Both the position numbers and the translations under genes were made by a program. Below, piece after piece: positions 1-12,400 of a stretch of DNA of 64,000 nt. Each line of letters opens with the position of its first letter. Within the stretch, counting starts at the first letter, position 1. Under the pieces are notes generated by a model that was given only the letters and a program-made list of their open reading frames with translations, had not been told where the DNA came from and made no database searches. Source of the DNA: Amphiscolops sp. MND2022 (lineage: Eukaryota); contig OZ076411.1 in assembly GCA_964187785.1 (NCBI GenBank), positions 46,190,001 through 46,254,000 of the forward strand. The letters run 5' to 3'.

Positions 1-185
1 GAAAAATGTAAAGGGGGGACCCTTTTTGATTTATAAACACGCATTCTGTAGCAAAATAACAAAAAACTCAAAGGGGGGACCCTTTGGGGACATTAAAAAA
101 ATTTCGAAAAAAAGTCTCACAGCGCCGAAAAAAATCGAAAGAGGGGGGAGGGAAACTTTAGTCCCGTCCGGGCTTGTATGTAACG
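1..185. repeat. Interspersed repeat family copy (3' part), with aaagggggaccctt motifs
   Basis: Repeated aaaggggggaccctt motifs and a gaaaaaaagtctcaca..gccga..tttagtc..ccgg..atgt(a/t)acg block that recurs at 18950-19025. Confidence 0.6.
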
Positions 186-349
186 TTTAAAAAGTAAATG
201 AATGCGCTCCCCGTTTGCCTTTAGCGGTCCAGTAGTTTAGTACTTATTTAGTAGTTGAACGTTAATTTTAACGTTCGTCGCTTCGAGTCTGTCTTAAATA
301 AAAAAAACGAGTGACTGTAATAGTCGGGCTCTTTTCTTAAGAAAAGCGC

Positions 350-1570
350 CGACTAAAAACTTGAAGGCAAAACAAAGGCCATCGTAGAGATGGACGGAAA
401 GAAGAAACAGCTGAGATAGTGTTTTAAACAAAAAACACAAACTCACCTTTCGGCCTAGATTGGATGAAGAATTGGAATAACTCTGGATCCCGGCTATGGT
501 GAAACTGGCCCAACGATAAACCACTTCGAAGAAGACCAAGCTGAACTTATGTTGAAATGTAAGTTTCATAAAATGCCGAACAAAAACAACACGGTAAAAG
601 GCATAGAATTAGACTTTCAATTGAATGGAGGCGCGATGCTATTCCAACATTAAGGTAGACAATTTCTTTTTAACTATATCGAAAAACTCAAAAACATCGA
701 CGAAAATCGTTTCGTGGTTCCGACCTTGACAAAAATCAATAAGATAAAACCGTGAAAATTGTAACAGACTAACAAAAGTCGATTCGGAGTACAGTAAACA
801 GAAAGACACGGATGAAACAAAGGAGGGTGCCAAAAGGAATTAATAGCTACTGCCTTTTTTTTCTTGAAATTAAACCCTGGAAAGAATTTGGAAGATCACA
901 CTCCGATCATCACCAAAATCAGTATCGGGCACTAAACACAAAATATCTCCATCTGACAACAAGATAATACACTAGAAACGTATCATTAAACCCAATTTTG
1001 AGTTTGAAGAAGGCACCAATTAACATTCGTACTGGCTCACATGGATCAGACGGCATTTCCATCAAATCACCATTGAAGCCATACACAAAAACCATACACA
1101 TCGATGCAGACAGCGACTGCCGAAAAACCACCAGGCCAACAAACCCACAAATGGAAATAAATATAACGACACCGCTATAAATAAGCACCGACACAGTGAG
1201 GACTGGCTCGTTTGGGAGAAGACGCGCGATGCTGATCAGAAATGGTCAAAGCTCCGGATCTTCCCTAAGTTCTCCGGGAAAATGAATCGAACAGACACCA
1301 GCTTCGGCTCACTAACGATTGTGACAAACTGTATGACAGACTCGGAGATAGACCGTGTCATCGAAGACGCTATGTGCACAAATCAAAACGTTAAAAGAGA
1401 GGACGAAAACGGTAAGGTAGTTAATAATTCCGTTTCTGGTCCGAAACGGCGAGAAGAATGTAACACAGAGTCATCTCAACTAGAATTAGTCATCAATCAT
1501 CTGGGCTCAGGCACAGAAATTGATTCAAACAAAGAAATTCATCCTGAGATCAAATCGCCTAACTAAAACT
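350..1570 (+). pseudogene. Highly degenerate Ty3/gypsy pol-like remnant
   Basis: About 580-690 translates NNTVKGIELDFQLNGGAMLFQH*GR, resembling the PR-RT spacer of the gypsy element at about 36500-36600 (MKEDASISQQKGRRIP, read across a frameshift). Many stops. The downstream acidic ORF 1282-1566 is tentatively included. Confidence 0.4.
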
Positions 1571-3038
1571 AGCCCGATAATTAACTAAATAACCCGGAAT
1601 ATCATGGTTAGAGAAAACACCGTCAGACGTTTAGAAGCAACAACTACCAGCGACTAACCGGACACAGAATTGGAATTGGACGAAAGCACCAACGCATAAG
1701 ACGATAACCAAAGAGCAAACCCGCAGCCAACAACAATCGGGGAATTCAACAACGAACAGTAACGGACTATAGTAGACGAGTTGAACAATCTTAGATACAC
1801 AGAGGATAAGCACCCCTCAAAGGACAGTTTCTGGCCAATTGTAAAGGTAATGAAGTGGAACTAGAGGACAAAATCGTACATTAGTGTAAGAAAAGAACTG
1901 AACCCTTATTTATAAATAATTTGGACTGCATGTAAACTAAGCTAGCGTTTTACATGGTGATTTCTTTCAATCTTTATTTTACTCACGAATTTAAAAGCCT
2001 GGAAAAACAAATCGAATGTTTAAGATAATGGGTACAATCGCCTTAATTATCAGATTCTCCTGATATAAATTTTATCAGTAAAAAATGTAGCACAGAAAAT
2101 ATAAATCCCCAATCTTTGCAAAAAATAGTTGTGTCTCACGTATTAAGTAAGATAGTAAATAAAATGATGTAATAGAAAACCCCTTTCAAAAACTACATAA
2201 TACCAATTATCTTGATGTAAAATAGTTGAATGGCTTCAGTAAATGAAGAAGTACCTGTCAATTAAACAAAAGTTCCGAATTAGGTGCCAAGTGTTACAAA
2301 ATTGTCCAAAATGATGTCCCATATACAAATTCAGTAGTAAATACAATCAATGAAAAATGAAACTAGGAAGATTTTTTATTATTTGCAAATCTACATTTCA
2401 AGTGCCCAAGAAAACTTAAGAATGTTTGTTTATTTGATTTGTTTGTTTTCAAATAACTTGGATGATAGCAGAAATCAGAGCTAGTTTTGTTTTGGTCCAA
2501 TTCTTTTTTTACAAATAAAGGTTCAGTTTACTTCTCACACTACATACGTGAACTAATTACATTTACATTCATCAATTTATACTGTCTTCAGTACCTGGTA
2601 CTCGTATGCTGTCACAAACGTTAGTTTTAGAAAAAGTAACGTTGAGGTAGTGACAATACATTCCTAGAAAACTCTTTTGTTGTGAATACAAGTTATAATA
2701 AATATTATGATTACATCAAATAAATTAGCAGACACACGAAACTACGTTTATTTACCCTTAAAGTTCTGACTCATTCGGATACTACCTATCAACCGCAAGC
2801 TATAGTCTCCATATTTGCAGCCGATTACTTGAGCAATCAAAACAAGAGTGTAAATTTTCCGCGCTAAAATCGAAATTTTCAAATGCTTGTGCTATATACC
2901 TAATTAAAGCAAGTATCTCGAGATTCTACTCAATGAATGTCATTATTTGGGTTCAAAATTAAAGTATGGATTTGTTATCTACAATTATTCAATTTTCAAT
3001 ATTCGATGTTGAATATTAAAGCATATTTTGGTTGACAG

Positions 3039-3344
3039 GTGAAAAAACACTGGCATTGTGAGTACATGGAGTGTTCGGCCAAATTCAACTGGCACGTGTT
3101 TGCCGTGTTCCGGGAGATCATGCACCTGGTGGATTCGGCAGCCAGTGCCAACGGGGCCTCGCTTCACGGGGGACTGGTGAACTGCCTGCACCACAGTCTG
3201 CCCCAACACTGGCACTTATCAAACCACCATTTCAACTTCCACAGACGTCGTCGCAGCAGGACCTTCTCACGTGCCACGCTCTATAGCAATACCAGGTCGC
3301 ACTTTTTGGAACGCTTTTCCACAATCTTAATTATCTTCAGATGA
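3039..3344 (+). CDS. RASL10: Exon of a RASL10-like (Ras-like family 10) small GTPase, G5 box and C-terminus
   Basis: Acceptor ttgacag|GTG at 3038/3039. VKKHWHCEYMECSAKFNWHVFAVFREI matches the RASL10 signature as I recall it ([27 protein letters not shown]). Upstream exons not identified in the window. Confidence 0.75.
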   Translation: MKKHWHCEYMECSAKFNWHVFAVFREIMHLVDSAASANGASLHGGLVNCLHHSLPQHWHLSNHHFNFHRRRRSRTFSRATLYSNTRSHFLERFSTILIIFR

Positions 3345-3564
3345 AAAAATCTTATAATTCATCACAGAATTTGTTTTCCATTCAGACAACTTTTTCATCA
3401 CTACTTTCTTTCGTTTTAGATAAATTTTTTGTCAAGATCAGCTTTTTGTGGTCCCATTTTTAGAGCGATCATTTGTAATTATTAACCTTAATCGACTTGG
3501 GAATTTTTGCAAACTTTGGTTGAAAATTTTCAATGGTTAATATCTACGTACAACAAAAGATGGA

Positions 3565-3744
3565 CTACAGCGCGTTTGAAAGGTCTGATACTGGGCTTTC
3601 ATTTTTCCGGTTCGGCGCGGCGGCTTGTTCGTGGACATCTTTGAAATTAACTGAAATAGTCGAATTGGTAGAATCAAAATGAGAATAATCAAAGTGCGCA
3701 GTTACAGCAGAGCGAGCTTTCAATCTAGGAAGTTGCAACTCTAA
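3565..3744 (-). CDS. Candidate terminal exon of an unidentified gene
   Basis: Acceptor ...cttgacttacggcag|TTA at 3745/3744, then 59 open codons (LELQLPRLKARSAVTAHFDYSHFDST...SNAL) and a stop. No recognisable family. Confidence 0.35.
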   Translation of the reverse strand, partial: LELQLPRLKARSAVTAHFDYSHFDSTNSTISVNFKDVHEQAAAPNRKNESPVSDLSNAL

Positions 3745-3789
3745 CTGCCGTAAGTCAAGTTTTGTGCTCATACGGATACATGTAGTCCT

Positions 3790-4030
3790 TCCCCACTGTT
3801 CGAAGCCATGGTAGCCTTGCCAAGACCCATGGCAAGATCCTTGCTAACCTTGCCATGATCTTCGCAAGGATATTATGGCCATGCAAGATCGTGAAAAGGC
3901 CAACCATGATCTTGGCACGGATGCTAAGATTAACCATATTCTTCACAAGGGTTCCATGGTAGCAAATCCAAATCCGTTTTTTTTGGTAACTCCTAGTGTT
4001 CGAAGCCATGTTATCCTTGTCGAGATCCGT
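3790..4030. repeat. Short-period degenerate tandem repeat (ccatgg/gcaagat-type units) between two tgttcgaagccatg direct repeats
   Basis: tgttcgaagccatg at about 3797 and about 3997, with repeated gccatg/ccatgg/caagat units between them. Confidence 0.55.
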
Positions 4031-4209
4031 GTTCCTGCTCGCCGCCTTAAACGTTTTTCCTGTTTTGCATTTTTTGTTATTCCTTAGACGTTATTGCACT
4101 GAACCTTCAGCTACGCATCAGGAAAACTCACTCAGATCAAAAACATTTCAGGAAACTGTCTAGTGGAAGAGAAGTCACTGACATTTTTCAGATATTTTGA
4201 GGTAATTAC

Positions 4210-4688
4210 TAGGGACGCAAATTTTATGTGCTGAAAACTACCTTTTTATTTGATAAAGCATTTGATAAAAACACATGGAATATTTGCTCAAATATTTGAA
4301 TTCAATTTGAGTTACACATACAAAATAACAGTTTTTTGAGGTTTTTTCTCCAACAAATTATGGCGGGGATCGCTGAGAACGTCTTTGTAACTGCTGAAAG
4401 TGCTCTCGACAAAGCAGTTCTGAACCGGTACATCCCCATTTCTTGCTAAATCTTGAACACTCCAGTTTCCGAGAGGACTGGAAATTTCTGCTCTTTCAAA
4501 GTAAGTTTTCAAAATCTGAAATCCGGCGTTTCCTTCCAAAATTTCCCGGAACTTCTCAGCAGCAATTGCTTGTTTACCTTTATTCTGCAATTATTAGCGA
4601 ATTATGTGACCCAATATTTGCTTTTGAATTTAACGGCCAATATGTGACCACATAATAATTATTTGTTCAAAAATTATTTGCGTCCCTA
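4210..4688. mobile_element. Non-autonomous hAT-like MITE (479 bp)
   Basis: Perfect 13-bp TIRs TAGGGACGCAAAT...ATTTGCGTCCCTA flanked by the 8-bp duplication gtaattac (4202-4209, 4689-4696). An 8-bp TSD and TAGGG termini are typical of hAT elements. Confidence 0.75.
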
Positions 4689-7600
4689 GTAATTACATCA
4701 AAAATCAAATATAAATTTACTTAAGTACGCAAGTCTAATGCTAAAAAAACGGAAAACCACTAATATGATTATGGTGAGTAATACAATATCAAATGCAATT
4801 TTAAAAAACATCATTGTTCGAACAGCCATTCAGCAGGAAAACCATTGAGTTTCTTAGAAGTTCTCTTAGTTTACAAAAATCAGGAAGTTCTTATAATGAT
4901 GAAGTTGGATATTGCAAACTTTGAGAAATTATAATTGAAATGTGAGCTTTTTCGAAAATTGACCCGCTTAGAATCAGAGTCTTGATTGAGAATTTGTTTG
5001 GAATCAGAAAATAATGTACTCTATTTTGTGTCTTTGGACACTGTAACATGTGTTACAGTGTAATTAAGAATAATTAAGGCGTCAATTACAGATTTGATCA
5101 TTATTCTATGAAATCTAAAAAGCGTTGAATTCAATCGTCAAGATCCTGATCAGGATTGAAGATGACTCAGTTTTTGAAAGAGACGTTATGACGATTGCTA
5201 TTTGTAGGTCGAGAAGTGGGAGCGCCAGAAGGATATCTTTGAAAACTTTTGTGTCCAACAGACATTCCTCGCCCCCACAATTTAATCGCAACTCGTTCAC
5301 TACCAGTCGATACAGTCGCCTCAGAAGTTACATAACCTCCTGCTTAACTCACACAGAAACTACTTAATTTTCCTTTCATTTCATTACATTTCTTTTTGTT
5401 AACAACTACATTATGAAAATTAAATGATTTCACTCCACCCCGCCTTTGCAAGGTCAACACTGAAAGGTTTCTAATTACATGCGACAAGTCCCTGAAACTA
5501 TACTCGATAATTTAAGCTAAAAATAAATGCCAAATGGTCCATTGTTTCCCTCTTCAGTGACAAATAAAGTTGAAAATGCAACATGATTCAATGAATTTTC
5601 GAAAAAAAAACGGTAGAATCAGGAAAAAGTAGATAAATAAATTTAGCTCATAACTCTTTCAACTCGAAAAATTGCATGGTTTGAGTTAATTTTTTAAACA
5701 TAGACCTAATTGGAAAAAAAACTTTCTGGATACATTTTTATATATTACTCATTCTTATGTGATTGTCTTCAAAAAATGGAACGTGATTACTGAAAAGTTT
5801 TTTTTAATCGGGTCGAGATAACCAAAAAACATCCTAAGATTCACATACAGCTTTGTAGGCAAAACAAATATTTTTATTTGGCGGCCGTCTACAAAGCTGA
5901 ATGTGAGATTATCCGGCATTGTGCGGCTTTTTTATCGAAATTTTTTCATTTCACAAAAATACTCCCTCTGCTTTTTCGGATGTTTTCAGTGAGGAAAAAA
6001 GACTTCTTTGCCCAAAGGTTCTCCCTTCGAATATTCTCCGGCTCTCTGAGATTTTGAAATAGTTCATTAACTTTTTGAAGTTTGTATAGTTTTTCGAGCA
6101 TTGAGCGGGACGCCGACTTAAGCCTGTCCTGACTTACATGATTACTTTTGGAAATTTCCATGCTAATGAAAACTTACTTGTCTTGTTATTGTTGTTACAA
6201 GTAAATTAATATAGATTTTTTTGAAAAAACTAACAAAAAGACGCAACGTGGAAAAAGTATGTTTCAATTTCTATTAATGAATCACAAACTCAGTAATTAT
6301 AATAATTGATTAGTATTAGCTGGATAGTAAATGCACCATAGAAAAACCTTCAAAATGAGATTTTGACTTTTTACATCTCAACTTCAAACAGTACAATCTG
6401 AAGGCTTTCGTTCGCTGTAATTTATAATTTTTTGCTGCTAAGCAACTCAAAATGTTCAAAAAATTGACGCAAAGAAAAACCCAGAATCTGACCTACAACT
6501 TGACCGATTAGGTAACATAATATTGACCTTTTTTATACGCAGCTTAAAAGAACTTTCCAAAGGGCTTTTCTATTTCAATGTACTTAGTGGTATTGATGGA
6601 ATATTGATTTTTAGCTTCATAAACTTTTAAAGGTCATCTGTCATTGACTACTCTTGAGTAGTTTTAAGACTTCAATCACTCAAGCTATCCATCGCAATAC
6701 ACCCCAGAAAATAAACATTTCAAAAAACCACTTGATTTTGTTACCGAAATCAGTCCAGGAAAGCCAGAAGATGAACTCCCTGGAAATAAGTGAAGGGCAA
6801 GTGTGTAAAAAATTGGGTTAAAAGAGATTAACTAAAATTTAGTGAACTACAGATGTCTTCACATGCGTAACAGTGAATGGGAAAGCATAGCAACAGAAAA
6901 CATTGTCAAATGTAGTGGGTACATTCTTGTCTCAATTTTTTAGTTGTTAGAATTTGAAATTTTCCTCCCATATTTTGTTAAAGAAAAAGATATGCTATTT
7001 TGTATGTTCCTATTTTATACCCAAGTTACAGGGGTTCTTCCAGAGTTTGAATGCCATGAATTAGGCTCGCACCAATTGTGTATTTGTGGCGATATTTGAA
7101 CTTTTCGGAAATGTGTCTACAAAAAGTACCCGAATTGACCCCCAAAAGAGATCCCAATTAGATGCTTTTGTACCGTTTTCGAATATTCCGCAGAGTACAA
7201 ATAGCCACAGAAATCAACCAACTAGCTATCCAGTGCGATTTGAAAAGCCGTGAATATGATGTTTTTGTTGAAGTGCTTCAAAATTACCTCATATTAGCCG
7301 ATAAATTCCGTCAGTTTTTACACTTTTGACCGTTTATTTGGCATTTTCGTCCAGATTTCGAATGATTTCGTGGGTCAAGATATCCAAACAAATGAACGAC
7401 GAACACAATAGCTATCCAAAACTTTTTGATGAATTATTGCTACAAGATCACACACACGCAATTTTTCAACAATTTTCAAACAATTTGGTGTTATGATGAT
7501 TCATAATACTAGAAAAGAAACTAATTGGTAACCAGTTTACTTTACAAAACGTTTTATACAAAAACGAAATTGAACGTTAATTTCTTTAAAAGACAGAAAA

Positions 7601-8163
7601 TGATATTTCAAAAAGCAAAAAATGAAAAAAAAATGTTATTTTGACGACTTTATGCTCTTTTTGTATAAAATCTACTTGTTGTGGTTGTTATGAATGTCCA
7701 CAGGAATCAACGAATGAGTTTTTGATTTCTGATCTGAGCATACTTATTTGAGGCAATGTTTTGTTTTTTGAAGAAAAATGAACTTAAAGGTGTAAATTGT
7801 TTCTAATTCGGACTCTTTAAACCTAAATTGAGTGAACATTTTGAATGTTTTCATAGCTATGAAGTTCCACGAAGTTGTAGGACATAAACATGGGCCACTT
7901 AGTATACGTTTCGAGAACTAATACAGTAGTTTTTCTGAGAGATATGTCAGACTGAAACCGGAAAGTTTCTCTGGGAAATTTTTGCATGCTTCTGTGGGTA
8001 TTAGAAGCTTGAGAGTTGCAAAATAAAACAAATAGCTGCTTTGCGTACTTTCGTTTCAAGAAAAAACGAGTTTTTTTGCAAAAAAACTGTAAAAAACTGA
8101 CATAAAAAACGTCCGAAAATGAAATATAGTTATATATTGTGGTAGGGGTTAGAGAATTACGCC

Positions 8164-9544
8164 TGTGTGGTAGCGGACGGCATTAAGATCATATTTTTCT
8201 CAACTCACTGATTATGTTTTTGGGTAAGTTCTTAGTTAGCTGTATGATAAAGAGAAAAAAGCATATGGCGGCGAAAACAAAATTGGAAGAAGCAACAGCG
8301 AGCAACCACTGGCGCCTTGGTCCGCCAGTCCAATTTACTCGTTAGCCAATCACAGCGCAGTATTATCTTTATTAGTTGCTGTACTATACTATTAGAATAA
8401 AGGACTGGATGGCCATATGCCGCCTGTCAATAAAGCGCTGGTCCCGTCATGTCTATTGGACACTGAGTCCGTAACTAAATTAAAAGCGCTAGCTAGTGAA
8501 TATTATCAATTGCATAATTGTTGGTGCTTTAATTTCCCATATGATGCATTATTAGTCCTCAAAGGACTTATAAACTACGGCAGACAACGTGCTATCAGTG
8601 CATTTTCATATAATTCATGCAATCCTAACGAGTGTTGAAATACGTGTATCCTGTTTAGTTTTATGCATGTATATCGTTGATTGTCCATATGAACTCACGG
8701 GCTTCCCGCCATGTTAACTGTCGGAAAGGCCCTTTGATGTATATAACGTCATGTTGATGTTAGTTGCTATTTATAGCATTGGCTATATTTAGAAAGCCCT
8801 TAAGGCTATTTTTAGCTCATGACTGCTAAAATTATGATCGTCATGTAGTTTCAAGTATATATAGCCGGGACACTTAGTCCCGGGGACAACAACTTTTGTA
8901 TGATACTACATGCTAGTTACTTACCGTTTAGTAATCTCACACTGAATTTACAAGCTAAAAGATAATTCACTTCTTTATCTTGTAACAATCTCTTATGCCT
9001 TCCACAAGAAAGCAAAAGGCTAAAGCCAGGAAATCTAGAGAAATGGACATGATGTCCGACTTTGAAAACTTGGACGTGATGCTGGGAAATATTAATAATA
9101 ATCCCATAGAAAGAGAATTAGCTGATGCTATAGATCAGTCGTCGACCCACGGGGACGCTGATACAAACGTACACCAAGGATGTGAATATAGAGATTACTT
9201 ACATGAAAATGATTTACTGAGACAAAATGAAGTTAGACAGTCTTTTGAAACTTTCTCAAATGAATTCAACCTTAGATAGTCTCAAGAGATGGACTCTATG
9301 ATGTCAATGATGCATAATCAGATAAATAGGGCCATTACGGCAGCTATAGCTGAGAGAGTCATCCCAGAAATTCAAAACATTGCTAACTCAATGTCCTCTA
9401 CGGGGTACAGGGACACTGAGGCCAGTTTGTCCCCTAATAGTCAGGAAAACAGGGAAAGCGCATCTGGGCCTAAAATAAAGATTGCAAAGAAGGATTCACG
9501 ATCTGTAGGAGATTTAAGAGATACCACGGGTCATGATTCTCACA
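8164..9544 (+). mobile_element. Solo LTR (~1.38 kb) of a Ty3/gypsy family carrying the gag N-terminus
   Basis: TGTG...CACA termini and an imperfect TSD (tacgc(c)/cacgc; right end ambiguous, 9544 or 9546). The ORF MPSTRKQKAKARKSRE... ends at the terminus, as in the solo LTR at 28654-30309. Confidence 0.7.
8995..9544 (+). pseudogene. gag: LTR-encoded gag N-terminal segment, one in-frame stop (9277-9279)
   Basis: ORFs 8995-9279 and 9289-9555 are in the same frame. Homologous to 28654-29227 (TRKQK.ARKSRE..M.S..EN.D.M; M..QI.RAI..AI....P.I). Confidence 0.65.
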
Positions 9545-9724
9545 CACGCACTTGAAATAAAAATTGTGTTTTTTCTCTAAAATTGTAAAAGACGAAGTAG
9601 GAAAACGTTCGCTTTCCTGCAAGTTCATAGTTTATTGGCTACGCTTGAACTTTAAGATTGCCATTGCCTAATTAGTCCGGTCTGAAAATATCCCGCTGCT
9701 CAGTGAGAGTCTTTTGCCTTCTCC

Positions 9725-10035
9725 TGTCGAACTCCCATACATTTTCTGCAAGAATCAGTCAGATTTCACATCCAAGATCCTGGAAGACAATGCATTATTC
9801 TTGCAGATATCTTGGAAGATCTTGCAAGAAAATGTCTGGTCTTTCAAGATCTTGCAAGAAAACGTCTGGTCTTGCAAGATCTTGCAAGAAACGTATAAAT
9901 CTTGGAAGTAACTTGGAAGAAAATGTCTGATCTTGGAAGTATCTTGGAAGAAAATGTCTGATCTTGGAAGTAACTTGGAGGAACATGCCTGATCCTGGAA
10001 GTAACTTGGAAGAAAATGCTGGAATCTTGAAAGTA
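9725..10035 (+). repeat. Minisatellite-rich element: tcttgcaaga palindromic units and ~31-bp tcttggaagtaacttggaagaaaatgtctga units
   Basis: Directly visible tandem units, preceded by gaactcccatacattt. Confidence 0.75.
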
Positions 10036-10379
10036 AACTGAAAAAAGTGGTGGACAATTTCCAATTGAACGGTTTTTACAGCAACAGCAAAACTATATTT
10101 ATATAGATGAAGATAAACATAAATATGTACACGTATTCAAAGATTAAAACCTAAGACTCCGTTCGACATATGTGATTCAAGTTTGTTGCTGTCAAGTAGA
10201 CCGAATGTCCAAATTTTGACAAAATACTCAGAAGGTAGTAAGAAGCTTCTGTCTTCATGAAAATAAGACTCTCTTCTGGGCTACACGTATTGTATAGCAG
10301 TAGCAGAAATTGTTTACACCTGTATTTTTCCTTAATGCACTGACGTATTTTTCAGCTCACTGTACATTTACACTTGAGT

Positions 10380-10608
10380 AGTTCCTTCATCAAGATCCTC
10401 GCAAGTTAGGACAAGTTCTTGCAAGAAAAGTCTTGACCTGCTGAGAATCTTGCAAGAAACGTATGACTCTGCAAGAAATGTCTGATCTGCCAGAATCTGA
10501 CAGGTTTGTCTGACATCTAAGATTCTTGAAAGATTCTTGCAGATAGTGTCTGATTTGTACCACTTCTGCAAGCTTCTTGCACGAAATGTATGGGAGTTCA
10601 ACTAGGGC
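10380..10608 (-). repeat. Inverted relative of the 9725-10035 element
   Basis: aaatgtatgggagttc (about 10582-10597) is the exact reverse complement of gaactcccatacattt (about 9729-9744). Same tcttgcaaga units. Confidence 0.7.
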
Positions 10609-11039
10609 TTTCAAAATGAGCTTTCAAGACAACTAACGAACCTGCAATCTTTGGAAAACCCCTTTTCTCTTAGTTTTTTCACTTCTCAACCTATCCATTT
10701 GGTTGCAGTTCGGTCAGCCAATAAACAGTGAAAACCAAACCCAGCAAAAGCATATCATTTAGAAACTCTTTTTTTGTTAAGTGTATATGTTTTGAAAATT
10801 GTGTAAAAAGCTACTTTTTCGAATTATGATTACAGAATAAAACCTGATAACCTTGATAGCTACTGAAAATATGGTCTTGTTATTTCCGTCCATTATCCAT
10901 ATGGGAAAGAAAAAAATATGAATTTCACGGGTTTTTTTACAAACTTTGCCAGGCACAAAATTTATATTTACCTTTAGGGCAGTTACACATAGATTTAACT
11001 CACATAAAGTTAGCTTCGTGCGATAATTTTTTGTGGAGA

Positions 11040-12400
11040 TTTCTGGACTTTTGTAGTTGACCCCAAGGCCCCCAGAATAACCCCAAAAAGAAAAATTTTT
11101 CAAAAACTTCCAATTTTTTAAGTTTTAATGCAGTTTTTGTCAATTTTCGATATATATCGTAAATTAAAACATTGAAAACCTTAAACAAGGCACAAACTTG
11201 TTGTCGAATAGTCTTCTATGAAGAGATAATTCCTGATTCTCAAAAAAAAATCTCAAATTGACACCGAAAATGACAAAATGCCAAAAGTTCCCGATTTTTA
11301 CCGTTTTTATGCATTTTTGTCAAAGCTTCCATAAACTTCGTGGACTAGTTTGTGAATGTGGAAAACGCTCAACATGGCCACAATTCGTTGTCCAGCAGGC
11401 TTTTCCGAAAAGATAATTGCTGTTTTTCAAATGAAGAAGATCTCAAATTGACACCGAAAGTTACAAAAAACACAAAACTTTCATTTTTTCAAAAATTTTA
11501 TGCAATTATTAGGGAAATTTTCGACAGACTTCGTTGGTTGATCTGTTGAAAAGGGTCAACAACGAAACAAATTGTTGTCCAGTAGGTTTTTTCGAAGAGT
11601 TTGTTTCAGTTTGTGAATTGAAAAAAGTCTCAAGTTGTCACCGAAAACGACAAAAAACCGAAACTTTTCCAACTTTCTTAGTTTGATGGAACTTCTGTCC
11701 AAATTTTGACAGACCTTCTGGTTTGGAGTGTTCAAGGTACGAATTCGTTGTCCAGAAGTATTTTGTGAAGATATCATTGCAGTTTTTCGAATGAAATTTG
11801 TCTCAAATTGACACCGAAAATGACAAAAATTCCGAAATTTTGCAATTTTCATAGTTTTTCTTCTTTTTTCCAAATTTCTCGATTTTCACCATTTTTGGTC
11901 AATTTTTGTCAAACTATCAATTCACTTCGTGGACCAGAATGTTGAAACCCCTCAACATTGGGAAAATGTGTTGTTTCAGTGAGCTTCCGTCAAGAGATAA
12001 AGTCATTTTGTAAAAGAGAAATGACTCAAACCGACCCTGAAATTGTCGAATAATTTAGTAGCTTTTGATGCAATTACTATACTATCAAACATAGTCAACC
12101 ACGAAAGAACGAGCTATGCACCTTTTTTGAAGAAAACATCGCAGCGTTTGTATCAAAAACACTTCAGAATTACACCAAATAAGTCCAGAAATTTCAACAT
12201 CTTCACGTTTAATGAAACGAATGTATAGTTTTTGAATCGTTCTGGAGTCAGAACATTGGCAAACAATCGACAAAGATTCAACTCACAACTCAGAAGGTTT
12301 TTAAAGAACAATTTGCAGACTTCTGTTGAAAAATGGCTCAAAATTGACCGCAAAAAGTTGAAGACGTTTAAATTTTTACCGATTCCTCAGTGCCAAAAAT
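11040..12400. repeat. Degenerate tandem repeat, period about 175-195 bp
   Basis: ctcaaattgacaccgaaa-like motif at 11252, 11442, 11629 and 11802, with weaker copies near 11055, 12025 and 12337. Confidence 0.6.

Noticed and set aside
1893-2528. 16-bp inverted repeat aactgaacc(c/t)ttattt as MITE ends
   Set aside because: Short, AT-rich, and no TSD was identified.
2592-2619. Possible 28-nt micro-exon of the RASL10-like gene (tcttcag|...|gttagt)
   Set aside because: The only frame compatible with the next exon (TWYSYAVTN) shows no similarity to the expected G4-proximal sequence.
3670-3700. DYSHFDST as an RNA-virus RdRp motif A (endogenous viral element)
   Set aside because: An isolated 8-aa match with no motif B or C nearby, and a stop about 35 codons later.
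5115-5367. GC-richer island with short ORFs on both strands
   Set aside because: It may be an exon, but I could not establish consistent splice sites, strand or family.
9703-10614. Cluster of overlapping short ORFs
   Set aside because: Produced by stop-poor minisatellite units.
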